In this document: piece by piece, positions 26,610 through 39,115 of the stretch
How the letters are laid out: each line of letters starts with the position of its first letter
How positions within the stretch are numbered: the first letter of the stretch is position 1
Assembly (NCBI RefSeq): GCF_004010195.1
Contig: NC_057751.1
Span: forward strand, 10,737,831 to 10,801,830
From: Chiloscyllium plagiosum
Lineage: Eukaryota
Direction of reading: 5' to 3'
Length of the DNA: 64,000 bases
Notes under the pieces: model-generated
Told to the model about the DNA's origin: nothing
Seen by the model: the letters and a program-made list of their open reading frames with translations, nothing else
Databases searched by the model: none
Translations under genes and position numbers: made by a program

Positions 26610-27195
26610 TTAAATAGCACCCTTTGCATACCTATGTCCAAAAGCACTTGACAACACTAATTGTAATTTTATTGCCTGTAATGTAGGAATTTCCACACTG
26701 TAAGCTCCCATAAAGGAAGGAGAAAAGGAAAATAATATTGTGATATTATTTGAGGCTAAGTATTGCCAAAAGTATTTGAGAAAGCTTTGCTGTTGTAATT
26801 TAAATAGTGCTTAAAAATGTGTTGCTGGAAAAGCGCAGCAGGTCAGGCAGCATCAAAGGAATAGGCGAATCGACGTTTCGGGCATAAGCCCTTCTTCATT
26901 CCTGAAGGAAGGGCTTATGCCCGAAACGTCGATTCGCCTGTTCCTTTGATGCTGCCTGACTTGCTGTGCTTTTCCAGCAATACATTTTTAAGCTCTGATC
27001 TCCAGCATCTGCAGTCCTCACTTTCTCCTAATTCAAATAGTGGCATGGGATCTTTGACCACCCACCAAAAAGGGCAGGCAAGGCCTCATCTGAAGGATGG
27101 TACCTTCAGAAATGCAGCACTTCTTCATTTGGTGTATCAACCAAAAGAAATTCACAACCTTCTGATTCAGGGCAAGAGTGTTTTTACTTAGTTTC
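26610..27195 (-). mobile_element. Old Deu-domain-like (SacSINE1-like) SINE, split by the hairpin element at 26810-27028
   Basis: aaatagtggcatgggatctttg...cctcatctgaaggatggtaccttc...cacaaccttctgattcagggcaagagtg head; tttaaatagcaccctt...aaagcactt tail. Confidence 0.6.
26810..27028. mobile_element. Near-perfect foldback Penelope-like 3'-end element, subfamily A, with hammerhead-like core
   Basis: Arms 26810-26898 and 26903-26992, 4-nt loop; attcCTGAAGGAagggcttatgcccGAAAcgtc; 14-bp TSD taatttaaatagtg / taattcaaatagtg. Confidence 0.9.
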
Positions 27196-28439
27196 AGCTG
27201 ATAGGTCCTGGATCAAGACTGTAGCTTGGACAGTAAATCACAGATGATGCCTTGGTGAAATAACCACTGATGGATGGTGGGCTACTGGGAGAATTGAAGT
27301 CATGTTTGAAACATTCCTGAGTAAGCCCACTCTTGCAGTTATGTTTCGGAAAGCTAGTCTCCAAGTAGAACTCCATGGAGAGTCGGAATGGCTTGTGGGC
27401 AGGAAAGTGTTGAGATGAACTACAACACAGTCTGAACTCAAACAGGCCATGAATGTACAATTTATTTTTATAGAGTATAAGAGAAGTTGCCTCACTGAAC
27501 AGTTTTCAGTATCACCACTGACTGGTACATATTTCTTAAGCTGTAGCTTTTATACACACTAATTCTCCTTAACAGCGAGAGAGCAGTTTCTGTGTGCTGA
27601 CAGCTCCTGCCATGCATAAACAACAATTGAAATAAACTAAGTACAGAATTGTTCGGATTGCAGTGCACAAAACCATCCCCAGCTCCAAACCAGGAGGAGA
27701 GATATGAGCAAATAACAAGCAAGTCCTGTTGTCAAGGAAACATGGCCATGACAGAGCCTGTTTCCATGAGGGAATTTTTCGCATTGCTGTACCTTCCACA
27801 CAGAGGGAGGGCACAGCCACATCCTTTTGAACAGCATGGCATCAAGGCCTGAGGAAATGGCTCCAATTTTCTCATAATTGGCAGGCTCACTTCAGAGGCA
27901 GAGCTTGAATCCTGACAGTGTGACTAACCGTGAACAGCCTTGCTTGCTGCAATACTAATGCTGGCAGTTTCAAACAGTTAAAAATACTAGTTAATTCTTG
28001 GAGAAGAGTGCATCACAGAACTACATCAAAGTCTCCATCTTTGAATATCACTGAAAACAATTTGTAACCCTTTTCCTTTAGAAATTAGATTTTAGTTCCA
28101 GTTCACTGTAATATTAGAATTCTTCTCAATTTGGAGGCACGTTCCATGTGATGTGTTTGGGAAAAAAACAAAGGGGACACAAAATTAGTGGCAGGTTTGC
28201 TCATAACAACAAGCCTGCAGGTCAATTCATGTTGGTACTGCCTGTAATTGGGCTGGGTTTTAATCTGGATATTTTTTGTATCAAGAACGCAGTGTTTGAG
28301 TGGTGTCTATGAAAGGAGACTGATGACCTGTTTTCAAGTGTTCCATTTTTCTCTTCTGGGATTAGAAGATTGTGTTCATGGACATAATTTTCTCAACAGA
28401 GTGTGGTGATTAGTGCCTTTTCTCAAGAGTTTTAATCTC

Positions 28440-28920
28440 CCCTTTTTAAAAATATAAACTTACTCTGGCATGCGATAAGACCTAATTGACCTAATTGTGG
28501 CATCATTTCAACTTTCCTGCCTCTACCGTCAGACCCTTTGACTTCCTTGTTAGTCAAGAAAGGATCTACCTTGCTTTTAAGATGTTTCGTGACCCTGCTC
28601 CACAGGCACTGTCTGGCCAAGGTATTTCTCAAGAATCATGGCCATCAGAGAACCCTTCTCTTTCTTTTTGTCTTCAATGGGAGACCATTTGTTTTCAAAA
28701 TCTATCTTGTTTCCCACAAGGGGGAACACTCTAGCAGTGTCCACCTTGTCAAGTCTGCACAGAATATTACATATTTTGAGAGAATCAGCTTGTCTGAAGT
28801 CGAAAAGTTACAAGATTAGTCTCTCCGACCTTTCTGCTTGTGTCCATCCCATTGCTCCAGGGATCATTTTACTGAACCTTCTCTGGGCTGCTTCGAATGC
28901 AGTTACATCCTTTCTTAAAT
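28440..28920 (-). mobile_element. Old CR1 LINE 3' fragment
   Basis: Degenerate CR1 3'-region signature (ctctagcagtgtccaccttgtcaag, tactgaaccttctctgggctgcttcgaatgcagttacatcctttc). Confidence 0.55.
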
Positions 28921-28959
28921 AAACAGTGCAAATCAGCAGGTAATATTAGACAGGCGGTT

Positions 28960-29698
28960 GACAACATCAACACTTCGTACAAATGTGAGAAACCACATTG
29001 CTGTTTGAAATGCTGGTGGCAGGAGGGGGTACAGGCAGCCTGTGGTGACAGGTAGTGAGGGCGAGGGTAGCAGGACCAGGCTTCCTGCGGCAGCAGCAGT
29101 AGTAGGACCAGGGTAAAAGGCAGCAAGAGCAGGCTGTCCATTGCAGCAGTGGGGGCGAGATTGGGTGCAGAACGGGGGAAGATGGAATCCTTGTGAGGAG
29201 TGCGAGCCCAGCATGGCAAGGCACTTTGAGACTGTGCTTTTTTTAGATTAGATTAGATTAATTACAGAGTGGAAACAGGCCCTTCGGCCCAACAAGTCCA
29301 CACCGACCCGCCGAAGCGCAACCCACCCATACCCCTACATTTACCCCTTACCTAACACTACGGGCAATTTAGCATGGCCAATTCACCTGACCTGCACATC
29401 TTTGGACTGTGGGAGGAAACCGGAGCACCCAGAGGAAACCCACGCAGACACGGGGAGAATGTGCAAACTCCACACAGTCGCCTGAGGACTGTTGAACTGT
29501 TAACTGTGTCTCTTCATTTTTCTGATTTTTAGACTGACTGTAATATTTAACTTTTTGACTTAATTTTCTTTATTTTTGTGCTTGGTACCAAGATTCTGTA
29601 CCTACGTATCTTTGTATGTAAGATGGCACTGTATGTGGCGACTTAGAAACTTTTCACTGTACTCATGTGAGCACATGAGACAATAAAGCGAATTCCAT
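28960..29698 (+). mobile_element. Putative non-autonomous element with Rex1-like 3' tail, interrupted by an HE1 SINE
   Basis: GC-rich body, then aagatggcactgtatgtggcgac...cttttcactgtactc...gacaataaa, resembling the tail at 25420-25465; 5' boundary uncertain. Confidence 0.5.
29244..29487 (-). mobile_element. Young HE1-type SINE, 5'-truncated
   Basis: (tagat)n tail, CpG-rich core highly similar to 40404-40726. Confidence 0.9.
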
Positions 29699-30586
29699 TT
29701 TACATGTATGACAGAGGTATGTAACCTGTGCAGCTCCCATCCTGCTCATCCTTAGAAGTGTGTGTGCTTGGACTCCAGGCAGATGCATGCCAGCAAGTAA
29801 CAATACTGTAGCCAAATGAACTGAAGATCACCATTTAAATAAAAGGGCTGATCAACCACGTTTTTCACAAATAGAAATATTTCTTATGAGCGGGGATGTT
29901 GAAAATTGAGTGGTTTTGCTTGTGCGATTGCATGTTCTCGGTGTGAAAGACTCCTGATGTTTGGAACAGTTAATAATACTGGAGCAGCAGTATTTAAATA
30001 GCCCACGCTCAAGGCCTGTATAGCTGCTGTCTGTGCTGCTGACAGCAGCTCGCCCCCACAGTTCTTTAAGGAATAAGCACAAAACCCATCAGAGTTGTCC
30101 TTACAAGATTCTGCTGTAATTTCATACTTGAGGTGATTAATAACACGCCAGATCTTTCAACATAATTTGACACTTCAAAGGTTTCTCATCTCAATTCAAA
30201 TTGGCTTCTGTGTTCTTAAAGTGAATCATGAGGAATTTCAATTTATTTTTATTGTGCTATTATTTTGGAAATAAATACCAATAATATTTTGAAATGTTAA
30301 TGCACCGTTGGTGAAATAATGCTGTGCCCCTTTTAACAAGTTTGAGAGTGACAGAAAGAATTGACAAATGTTGCTGGGAACTCTCAGCCCCTTCTCAACT
30401 GGATTGTGCTAACTCTCGGATTCTCACTTCAACAACACTCAGCTTGGCAATTCGATAGGTTGCAGGGTCTCCTTCCTGCACGTTCTAGTCTTGTAAACTA
30501 CTGGTACTCATGGTATTTCTGTCAAAGTGACTCAATAAAATAGCAGTGTCACTCATGTATTCATATCACAGAATATTTTAAGGGAG

Positions 30587-30960
30587 ACAGTGCTGTTGTG
30601 ACAATATCATTGAAATAATTGTCCAGTATGCCAAACACTAATATTCTTGGACATGGATTCAAATCCCTCCATGGCTTGATGGTGACATTTGAATGTAAAC
30701 ATCTTGTATGGAAAGTGAACCTGAAGGCGACTATGGAAGAACTGTTGATTGACATAAAAGCCCACTATGAGGGAAGGAAATCTGGTGTCCTGATCTGGTC
30801 TTGCTGATTTGGGACTTAGGACAATGGAGTCTGGACTCTGATGATTGACTGTTCCCTGCACTCTGAAATGGCCTTGCGAGCAACCCAGTTTCAGGTTTTA
30901 ACACTTAGGAATGGTTGATATTAGTTGTCCTGCCAGCACCACCCATATCCCATAAATTGT
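30587..30960 (+). mobile_element. tRNA-derived SINE (second family)
   Basis: ggattcaaatccctccatggc...gggaaggaaatctg...ctctgaaatggcct...gccagcaccacccatatccc. Confidence 0.7.
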
Positions 30961-31454
30961 CAGAAAACAAAAATCATTTTTGGATGCAATGTACCAGATC
31001 CTTGCCCAATCATTCCTGAAATTCCATATGCTTGGCGTATTTCTCACAGTGTTTCTTGTGACCTCTTGTGCAGTCTCCTCATCTGGCCCATTCATCGCTG
31101 AAACACACTGTGCTATTTCCAGTTCAAATGTTTGCTTTCTTACACCTGTTACACAAAATAAATTTGACCGCCATGATTCATTGTTGTGATTGAGTGTTAT
31201 GATTTGCTCATTCACCGAGCAGAGAAACAGGAATTGATCAGCCCAGTATTGACCAGTTGCAAGGGGTACTCACATCCTAGCAAGCTTGTTGTGTGTGCAC
31301 TTTGGGTTGAGGTGTCACCCTCCTCCCACATGACAGTGCCTGCTCCCATGTGTTCTTCTGCCTTCCCAATATTGGTTTAAAGCATCCCACTGAGGAAATT
31401 CACTTCCTTGTATTCTCACCGGTTTGGTCTGCCTACAGGTAGTTCAAATAACCA

Positions 31455-31812
31455 TGTGTCACAGAGTTTCACAGCACAGAAAGAGGCCCTTTGCCGACAG
31501 TGGCCTTGCCAGTTATCAAATACCTTTCTGCTCATCCCAATTTCCAGTACTTGGCCCATAGCATTGTGAATGTTCAGATAAATATGTCCCAGTCATTGTG
31601 ACGGTTCTCACCTCCACCACTCTTTCAGCGACTGAGTTCCAGATATTCTCCATTCTTTGGGTAACAAAATTCTTCCTGAAAACTCCTTGAAACCTCCTGC
31701 CTTTCACCTTAAATCTATGCCCCAGTTATTGATCCCTGTATTTGGGAAACCTTTCTTCTTATCCAGTGTCTCTGTGCCCCTCCATAATTTTGTACACCTC
31801 AGTCAGGTCATC
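31455..31812 (-). mobile_element. CR1 LINE 3' end
   Basis: ORF 31516..31707 KGRRFQG..RKNFVTQRMENIWNSVAERVVE; tail acagcacagaaagaggccctt. Confidence 0.8.
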
Positions 31813-32026
31813 CTAAGTGTCACTATTTCTCTTGTCATTGGTGGGACAGGACTGGTGCTGATCTTTGACTGGCCACCGGCTCGCAGAGCCAGAAACTGTG
31901 TCCAACTATGTGTAACAGTTTCTCAGCTCAATCACCATGTGATAGTTTTTCACCACTGCCACTGTGTAAAGTTCTATTCTAAAGCTCTTGTTACTTTGAT
32001 CAACCTGTTTGAACATGTTCTGATAC

Positions 32027-32143
32027 TGGAGATCAGTATCGGTATGTGGTGCTGGAAAAGTACAGCAGGCCAGGCAGCATCTGAGGAGCAGGAGAATCTC
32101 CTTGGATGCTGCCTGACCTGCTGGGCTTTTCCATCACCACTCT
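32027..32143. mobile_element. Short foldback PLE 3'-end element (subfamily A, hammerhead region absent) inserted in a short tRNA SINE
   Basis: gtggtgctggaaaagtacagcaggccaggcagcatc / gatgctgcctgacctgctgggcttttccatcaccac; 13-bp TSD catgttctgatac / catgttctgacac. Confidence 0.8.
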
Positions 32144-33323
32144 CATGTTCTGACACATCTCTTAGGCAGGGTGACTTGAATTTAGACCTTCTGTCCCAAA
32201 ACTAGGGAAATGACCACCAACACTGTCACAACACCATCCACCCATAGAAATAGCTGGTCGGCATGTACCTGTTCAGAATTAGACTTCATTGAGGTTGCCT
32301 GTCATGATGAAGGCATTATCCAACAAGAACTACAATGGGTCAAACAAATCCACTTCCAGTGGAAACCAGACCATGAGGTGTGAAACCCTCACATGGTTGT
32401 CAGGTTGGAAAGATCCTTAGTGAAACGAACTTGAGAAGCTCCAGCCAACTGTGTGCTGATAGCAGATGATGACACCAATGTTACAGCACTTGGAAGAGCT
32501 GTCCAAATCCTCCTTCATCCCACAATGACTTGTGTCAGAAGCTGGTAAATTTTTAACTTGAATTTTTAACCCAGATCCCTTTTGTAAGTGACTTGTGGGA
32601 AATACATTTCAAACCGCAACATGGCACTATAAATAAAGGTATTTCCACATCTTGCTTCGGCTAGTTTTGGCCATCATCTCTGATCTATGACTTCTCACGA
32701 GCAAGCCTTATATCTTTGCAAACCTTTACTGATGACCAAAGTTAAACTCAACTTTAACTCCTCTGTGTAAGTCCACTGCATGTATAGTAAGAGATTAAAT
32801 AAAATCAACTTGGGAGGGCTTCAGAACTTGTTCACATAATCCGTGGCCACGGATTGTTGCTTGGTAGTATTCTTCCTACACAACACATCCTAAGTTGAGT
32901 TTGATTGGTATGAAGAAAGTCGTCAGTCCACTAGAAGCTGCTGCATTCAATGTAAAGGAGTCCGTTCATTTATTTAAGTGAAACAAGACTGACATCTATT
33001 TGGATGTTGGTAGCCCCTTTCACATGATGAAACACGACAGGACACTTGACTTGAATTTATCCAAGATGTTTTGCCACTGAGTTGTAAGACGATATTTGGG
33101 TAGATGGCAAATGGAATTGAGGGATGGCCGGAAAGGAGATAACATAAGAGAATTATGAGGGGCATTTTCAAGCTTAGGCTTGGAAGGAAGGTGAGGGTCT
33201 TTGCAGGAGTAGTGGGGAGCGGAATCCGTGGGGTGGGATTTGTATTCACGAATTTTTGGATGAAGGTTCTTTTTAGCAAAACAGTACCTTTCCCTATGGT
33301 GCTGAAAGCTGGTTTGTGACAAG

Positions 33324-33529
33324 CTCAGCAGGTCTGGCAGCATCTGTGAAGAGAAATCAGAGTTAACGTTTCAGAGTCGGTGACCCTTCTTCTGAACAGT
33401 TCTGAGGAAAGGTCGCCAGACCCGAAACATTAACCGATTTCTCTTCACGGATGCTGCCAGATTTGCTGAGCCTTTCCAGCAACTTATGTTTTCATTTCTG
33501 ATTTACAGCATCCATAATTCTTTCGGTTT
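33324..33529. mobile_element. Foldback PLE 3'-end element, subfamily B, with hammerhead-like core
   Basis: Inverted arms around 33398; gttCTGAGGAaaggtcgccagacccGAAAcattaac; 12-bp TSD gtttgtgacaag / gtttgtggcaag. Confidence 0.85.
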
Positions 33530-36272
33530 GTTTGTGGCAAGGATGTCTTCAGTCTTAAAGTTGTGAACTATTTCCTCTCCAAATAAAGATGTGTTGTATT
33601 GATGCAGTTTAGAGTTGAGAAGGGAAAAATGTTAGCATCTCATTGATTAAATGCATTTCAAAGTCAAGAATACTCATGATTGTGCAAGGTTTTCAGTTGG
33701 TGTGCAATGAAAGCAAGGCAGAAAGAGTGTATACATTTGATACTGTCATAATTGCAAAGTGTATTGCTTTTAGTTGAGCTGTAAATTGTCTTAAATTATA
33801 TCTTGACATCAGAAGAAATGCTTCAATACTCCCAATCCCCAAAGCTGTTGTAGTTTCTGAAAAAACGAGTGAGTGGTTGTTTGAAAGTTGTCTTTTGAAA
33901 CCTACCTTTTCTGTTGTCAGATCTTTTTTAGTCATGGGAGAGAATCCGTAAGGCCAGTGCTTGGGAAAAGTAAAATTTGAGATGGTGTAGAGCCAATCAC
34001 TATGCTGTTGCTGCACTGTGTAATAATGCTACAGTGAAAACTTGCTGGAAAAATTCAGCAGGTCTGCCTAGAGAACAAGTGCTGACATTTTAGGTCAGGG
34101 AACTTTGCCCAGAACTGGAAGATGGTAAAGGTGAACAGATTTTAAGCATGTGAAGAGCCATAGAAAAAAATGTTAAGAACAGAAAATGAGAAAGAAGTCC
34201 ATCGTAGAGCAGAGGACGGGAGTGAATGAATGAAGGAATGAATTTTTTTTGGTGACATGTATATATCACTGAAAAAAAATACAGTAAAATACTGTGAAAA
34301 GCTTCCACTGTCACCATGATCCAGTACCATTTTGCATAGTTTAAGAATAATTTTAAAAAGTATAGCTTAAAGAGAGTCTATAACCCGCTTTGCCATTTCC
34401 AGCACCGGACTTGAACAGCGTTGAAACCTCCACCTCTCAGGCATCATCTTTGGCTAATGTACCTACCTCAGCGATGTCACCTCTGCCAATGTTGCAGCCA
34501 GTGCTGGGCCATGTGCTCACTCCTCTGCCAGCCACCACCTCATCTCCATCCACCAGAGTCCTGCTTTGGACTTAACAACCACCAGACCCTGATGAAGCTG
34601 CCATCCTCATCGATTGCTGGCCCTGCTGATGCCGCCACAAGTAGAGAGTGTGAATGGCAGAAGGAATGATGGTGCAAGACAAAAGGATTAAACAAAGACA
34701 GACAGTGCTATCAAAGTGTATGTAACCAAGCCTTGTGAATAGTGTTGAAAGAAGTCCTTGCTGTTTATCAGACCATGATATGTAGCTCTCACATTTGCTT
34801 CACTGCAGCAGTGACAGCACTTGAGAAATGTTTTTCAGTGCTGTTAGTTGAGGAATATATATTGGTCGGTGTGCCAGGAAGAAATCTCCTACTCTCTGAC
34901 ATACTGCCGTAAGATTTTTAAATTTAGATTTCACACCTCGCCCTCAAAAAGGAACCTCTGATCAACAACTCTTGAGACCTGGAGCATTCTCTGAACCCAG
35001 AGCACCAGATGTTCCATGGGACGTGGGGTTCTTCATTGGTGTGAATTATGCTGATGGGAAAATGTATTCTCCCAGTAAATTTGCCAAGATCTGGGACGAT
35101 GGAAAAGCTGTCTTGCCTTGTGCCTGAATCTGTGTGTGTTGCACGAATGAGCAGGTTGTTAGTGAATATGGTTTCAAGATATTTATTGAGCAGTTAAACA
35201 CTTCATTTAACAACTGAGCAATTTTACAGTTATTTGTCATTGTGAGATCAGAGTGAACAAGTCAGGCCCTGGCCTAGTGTGGCATGCTTCTTCACTGGCA
35301 CTTCATTCAGTCTCGTTTATCATAACTTCAGGATGACATACATCACGTGACAAATGACCAGATGTAGTGTTCCTTTATTACAACATTCAAGGGTTTTGCT
35401 AGGTTTTCAAGTGCCATTTGTGGTTCTGAAGCATTCGTGCCATGCTGGTTGTGGTTAGAACTGTGGGGGCAGACTTAGCCTGTGGGAAATGTACCAACAA
35501 GGCGTTCATGAGTTTGTGAGCATTGTCCTACAGTTACGAGGGGCCTTTCCACCTCAAATGATGAAGAACTTAAATCCTGCCCTGTTCAGGATGATCCATG
35601 TTGCTGTGGTAACAGTAGAATTCCACAGACATTTCACAGATTCAGCTTTCTGTTTTCCCATTGCAAGCTTCATAATTTTGACATCCCTCTGAGGTCACTT
35701 CAGTCTCCTTTCAAACTGTTCACTTTGACTTAATTGTCATTGTGCTGAAATTCAGTCGATCGTCTTGTTAAAAACAAATGTGCTGATTAATTTGGCCATG
35801 AATGAAACAGTGGCACATGAGGTGTTGGACATGGCAGGTTTTAGTGTGCTCAATAATGAGTTGATGGAAATCAGCTAAGTGCTTGAGGGAATGATGATTC
35901 ACTGAACCGAATGATAGATGTCAATTCCATAGCAACTGATGGAAAGTTCTTGTGTTTTATATACAAACGCTGTCTGTTACCTTAGTAACTCAGCATCTTA
36001 GGTTGAGATTGAGGTTGAGGTTGAGCCGAGCAGTTGAGAGGGGCTAATTCAGCTGTTTAGTTTTGACCTGAGAAATTTCTTCACCTGCAGAGTTGTTAAC
36101 TTTTGACATTCTCTACCCCAGACAGAACTGAGGTGATCAGTTATTTACCATATTCAAGATCTAGATCATGGATATCACAACCTCTCCAATTCTGAAGAGC
36201 TGGTGCAGGCAGGATGGGCTGAATGGCCATCTTCTGAACTGTATGTTGTGCATTTTAAAGGAAACAAACCCC

Positions 36273-37600
36273 AGGAACTGCAGATTCTGGAAATCAAGAA
36301 CAAAACTAGAAATTGCTGGAAGAACTCAGCAGGTCTGGCAGCATCTCTGGATGCAAAACAGATTTAACGTTTCGGGTCCAGTTACTCTTTTCCAGAACAG
36401 ATTGTGATGTGGAAAAGGTTGTGACGTGTGTGAGACGACAAGGGGTAGGGTGAGGGATAAAGAGGAAATAATAAGTGGAGTCAAACCCAAAGAGAGAGAA
36501 GAACAATTGGACAGACAAAGGAATGGGTAAAGGCCGTGGTTGGGAGAATGAAGATCTGCTAATGGGGACAGTTAGTGGTTGGCAATGGGTTGTTTGTAGT
36601 AGCAGCCTGACTGATGACAGGGTCTAGTGTGTGGGGATTGGGGGAATGGTGGAAGGTGCTCAGACACTAAAATTATTGAACTTGATATTGAGTCCAGAAG
36701 GTTGCAAGGTTTCTATGCAGAAAGTGAGGTGGTGTACTTTCAGCTTGCGCTAAGCTTTGCTGGGGCACTGTAGCAAGCCTGAGACAGAGATGTTGGCCAG
36801 GGAACATGGTGGTGTGTTGAAGTGGTAGGTGTTACAAAGCTGGTCCTTTTTTCTAAAAGCTGTTCCTTTTCTCAAGGATATTGTGTCCTTGGTTTCTTTT
36901 TCAGAGAGGTTGTAAATAGCTCCCGGTTCCGATTAAACTGGTTTGGTACAGAGATTAAAGGGTATTGAGAGGCCTTTTTGTCGATATGTAAACAGATGAG
37001 ACTTCAGGCCAAAGTCATCATGTTTTAGAAGTGACCTGTATAATGAAAGGGGAATGGTCAGCTCTCTAGCTGAGCAGTTCAGTCCAGAACTAGTTCAGAG
37101 TTTAACAGTGAGCTGTATGGAAACAGGTTCTCTCTTTCTCCTTCTCCCTTTCTAACCTTAAGCAATTGTTTCATTTTTACTGTATTTTTTAATGGGGGTT
37201 GCTTATTGGGACTGTTGTGTATATTTGGAACAGCATAATTAAGTCTAGTTTGGATCAACTGAGTTCTGTATGTGTTCTTTATTCTGTTCTTTGTGTTTCA
37301 TTGTGATTTTGTGAATAAATTTTTGTCTGTTTTAAAACCTGGTCGTCAACCTAGCTAACTTAATCTGGGTAATTTTCACTGTATGGTTACCAAAACAAAA
37401 TGCAAAATTATGGTCTGGGCTGACTTCTTAAGAATGTTTTGAGTGGTCTGGCCTAGTCCATAACACAGACAACCTGAAGCTGAGGGTCGTCTTTGTGGAC
37501 AGCATGTCGGAGTCGTGCAAAGTGGTCACACAGTCTGCGCTTCATCTCCCGATGCAGAGGAGACCACATTGTGAGCAGCGAACACAGTAGATGTGATTGA
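36273..37600 (-). mobile_element. Neptune-type Penelope-like element 3' end (GIY-YIG remnant plus pLTR), split by a solo LTR
   Basis: Reverse strand of 37500-37595 reads IYCVRCSQCGLLCIG, then after a frameshift KRRLCDHFA (GIY-YIG with CxxC); 36675-36735 reads ETLQPSGLNIKF; terminus matches subfamily B. Confidence 0.8.
36830..37465 (+). mobile_element. Solo LTR (Gypsy-like, TGTTA...TAACA)
   Basis: tgttacaaagctggtcc...ggcctagtccataaca; AATAAA at 37314; flanks tagg/caga (possible decayed 4-bp TSD); interrupts a PLE. Confidence 0.8.
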
Positions 37601-38844
37601 GTGTGTGCACCCTTCTGGGGGCTTGGTTGAGATCTTCAAAAGTGAACAAAACAATCAATGCTCATAGCATTTGGCTGTGAATTGACAAAGGTCATTGGGC
37701 AAGTTATTGCTTGTCATCTTTTTGTGTCATTGTAATTTTGAAAGCCAATTAATTTTGTGTTTAGGTGAACAGGAAAGTTTTTCTTCATCTGTAACGTTGC
37801 CATATTTTGAAGCTCCAATATTCAATGCTTGCATCCCTCTTGCATCATCCAATAGAAGCTTGACAACAAGCACTTTTCCTGTTGACTGGCAAAAGCAGCC
37901 TCCTACTTTTCCTTGATTCATGCTGAGTGCATTTCATTTGATCAAAGACCCTCTGTGTTGTAGAGAATTCAGAGCCTCCGTTAGGAGGTCTCTTGAGACT
38001 TGGAGTGCAGTCTGAACCCATACATCTGAGTATTGTGGTAAACTGATGGAAGCTAAAACCTGATGTCATTCTATCCATTGTCCAGCAGCACTATCTTCTA
38101 TTGTTACTGTTTTCCAAAATAGAGTTCCCAATCACCAACAGATGCAAGTTTTTTCCAACGTAAATTACTGGAAGTAGCTCTCTGTTAATTGTGACCATGC
38201 TGAAAGGTTTTGAATCATTGATAAATTGCCAAGTTTAATTTCCTCCCTACATTGTCACTGACATACAAATCCTTTTCGCAAACAATTGCTGCCTTCTGTG
38301 CTACAGAATTGAATAGTTTACCTTGCTTTTGAAAGCTTTTCGCTGGCAGATTTAGATAACTAGGGTGTCCTGCTAGCTATCTTGGTTCGTGTGACAGAAC
38401 AGACAAACCTGAAAGTGTTTCCTCTGTGTGCTGTGAAAGTGTTAACTGTGAGAGCCTGTGGGCTGAATGTTGAACTGTTTGTGCAGATGGTAGATCAGGG
38501 AGACGGTTTTTAACCTGAAAATGGCGGACTTCCTTTTATGCATTCTGTGCAGTGCCTGTTTGAACTTTTCAGCAGAGCCGCAACTGCTTTGTGAGACAAA
38601 ATCAAGTCAATTAAACATAATTGTTCCAATGGAAGAGATGTGAAATTTCCTTGTGACAGTCCACTGCCTGGGTTGCTTGATCTGAATATATCTTTGGTTT
38701 AGGGGGCATGATTGTAGATTTAAAGTTGCTGGTAGAAGGTCAGTGTCAGATGGGGTTAAGAAAAGATTAGTGTATTTTTTTTCTCTGTCACAAATTTTAA
38801 TGTCTTTCTTTTCTTATCTCCTCCTCAATCATGTCTTATCCTGT

Positions 38845-39115
38845 AAACATATGAACAAGGAACAAGGGTAGGCTGCTCAATCCTTCAAGCCTGCTGCACC
38901 ACTGAATAAGATCATGACTGATCTGATTTTAACCTCATCTCTACATTTCTGCATATCCGTGATAGTCTTCCATCCCCTTGGCAATCAAGAATTTAGCTAC
39001 CTCCATCTTGAAAATATTTCAAGATTCTGCATTCGCTGCCTTTTGAGGGTGGAAATTCCAAAGGCGCCCAACCCTCCGAGAGAAAAACAAGTTTCCTCAT
39101 CTCACGATTAAATGG
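38845..39115 (-). mobile_element. Old CR1 LINE 3' tail
   Basis: catatgaacaaggaacaagggtaggc...aagatcatgactgatctg...gtttcctcatctc. Confidence 0.65.

Noticed and set aside
30023..30043. REST/NRSE site (gctgctgtctgtgctgctgac)
   Set aside because: About 16/21 match, with a mismatch in the critical GGACAG half-site; compatible with chance in a gct-rich stretch.
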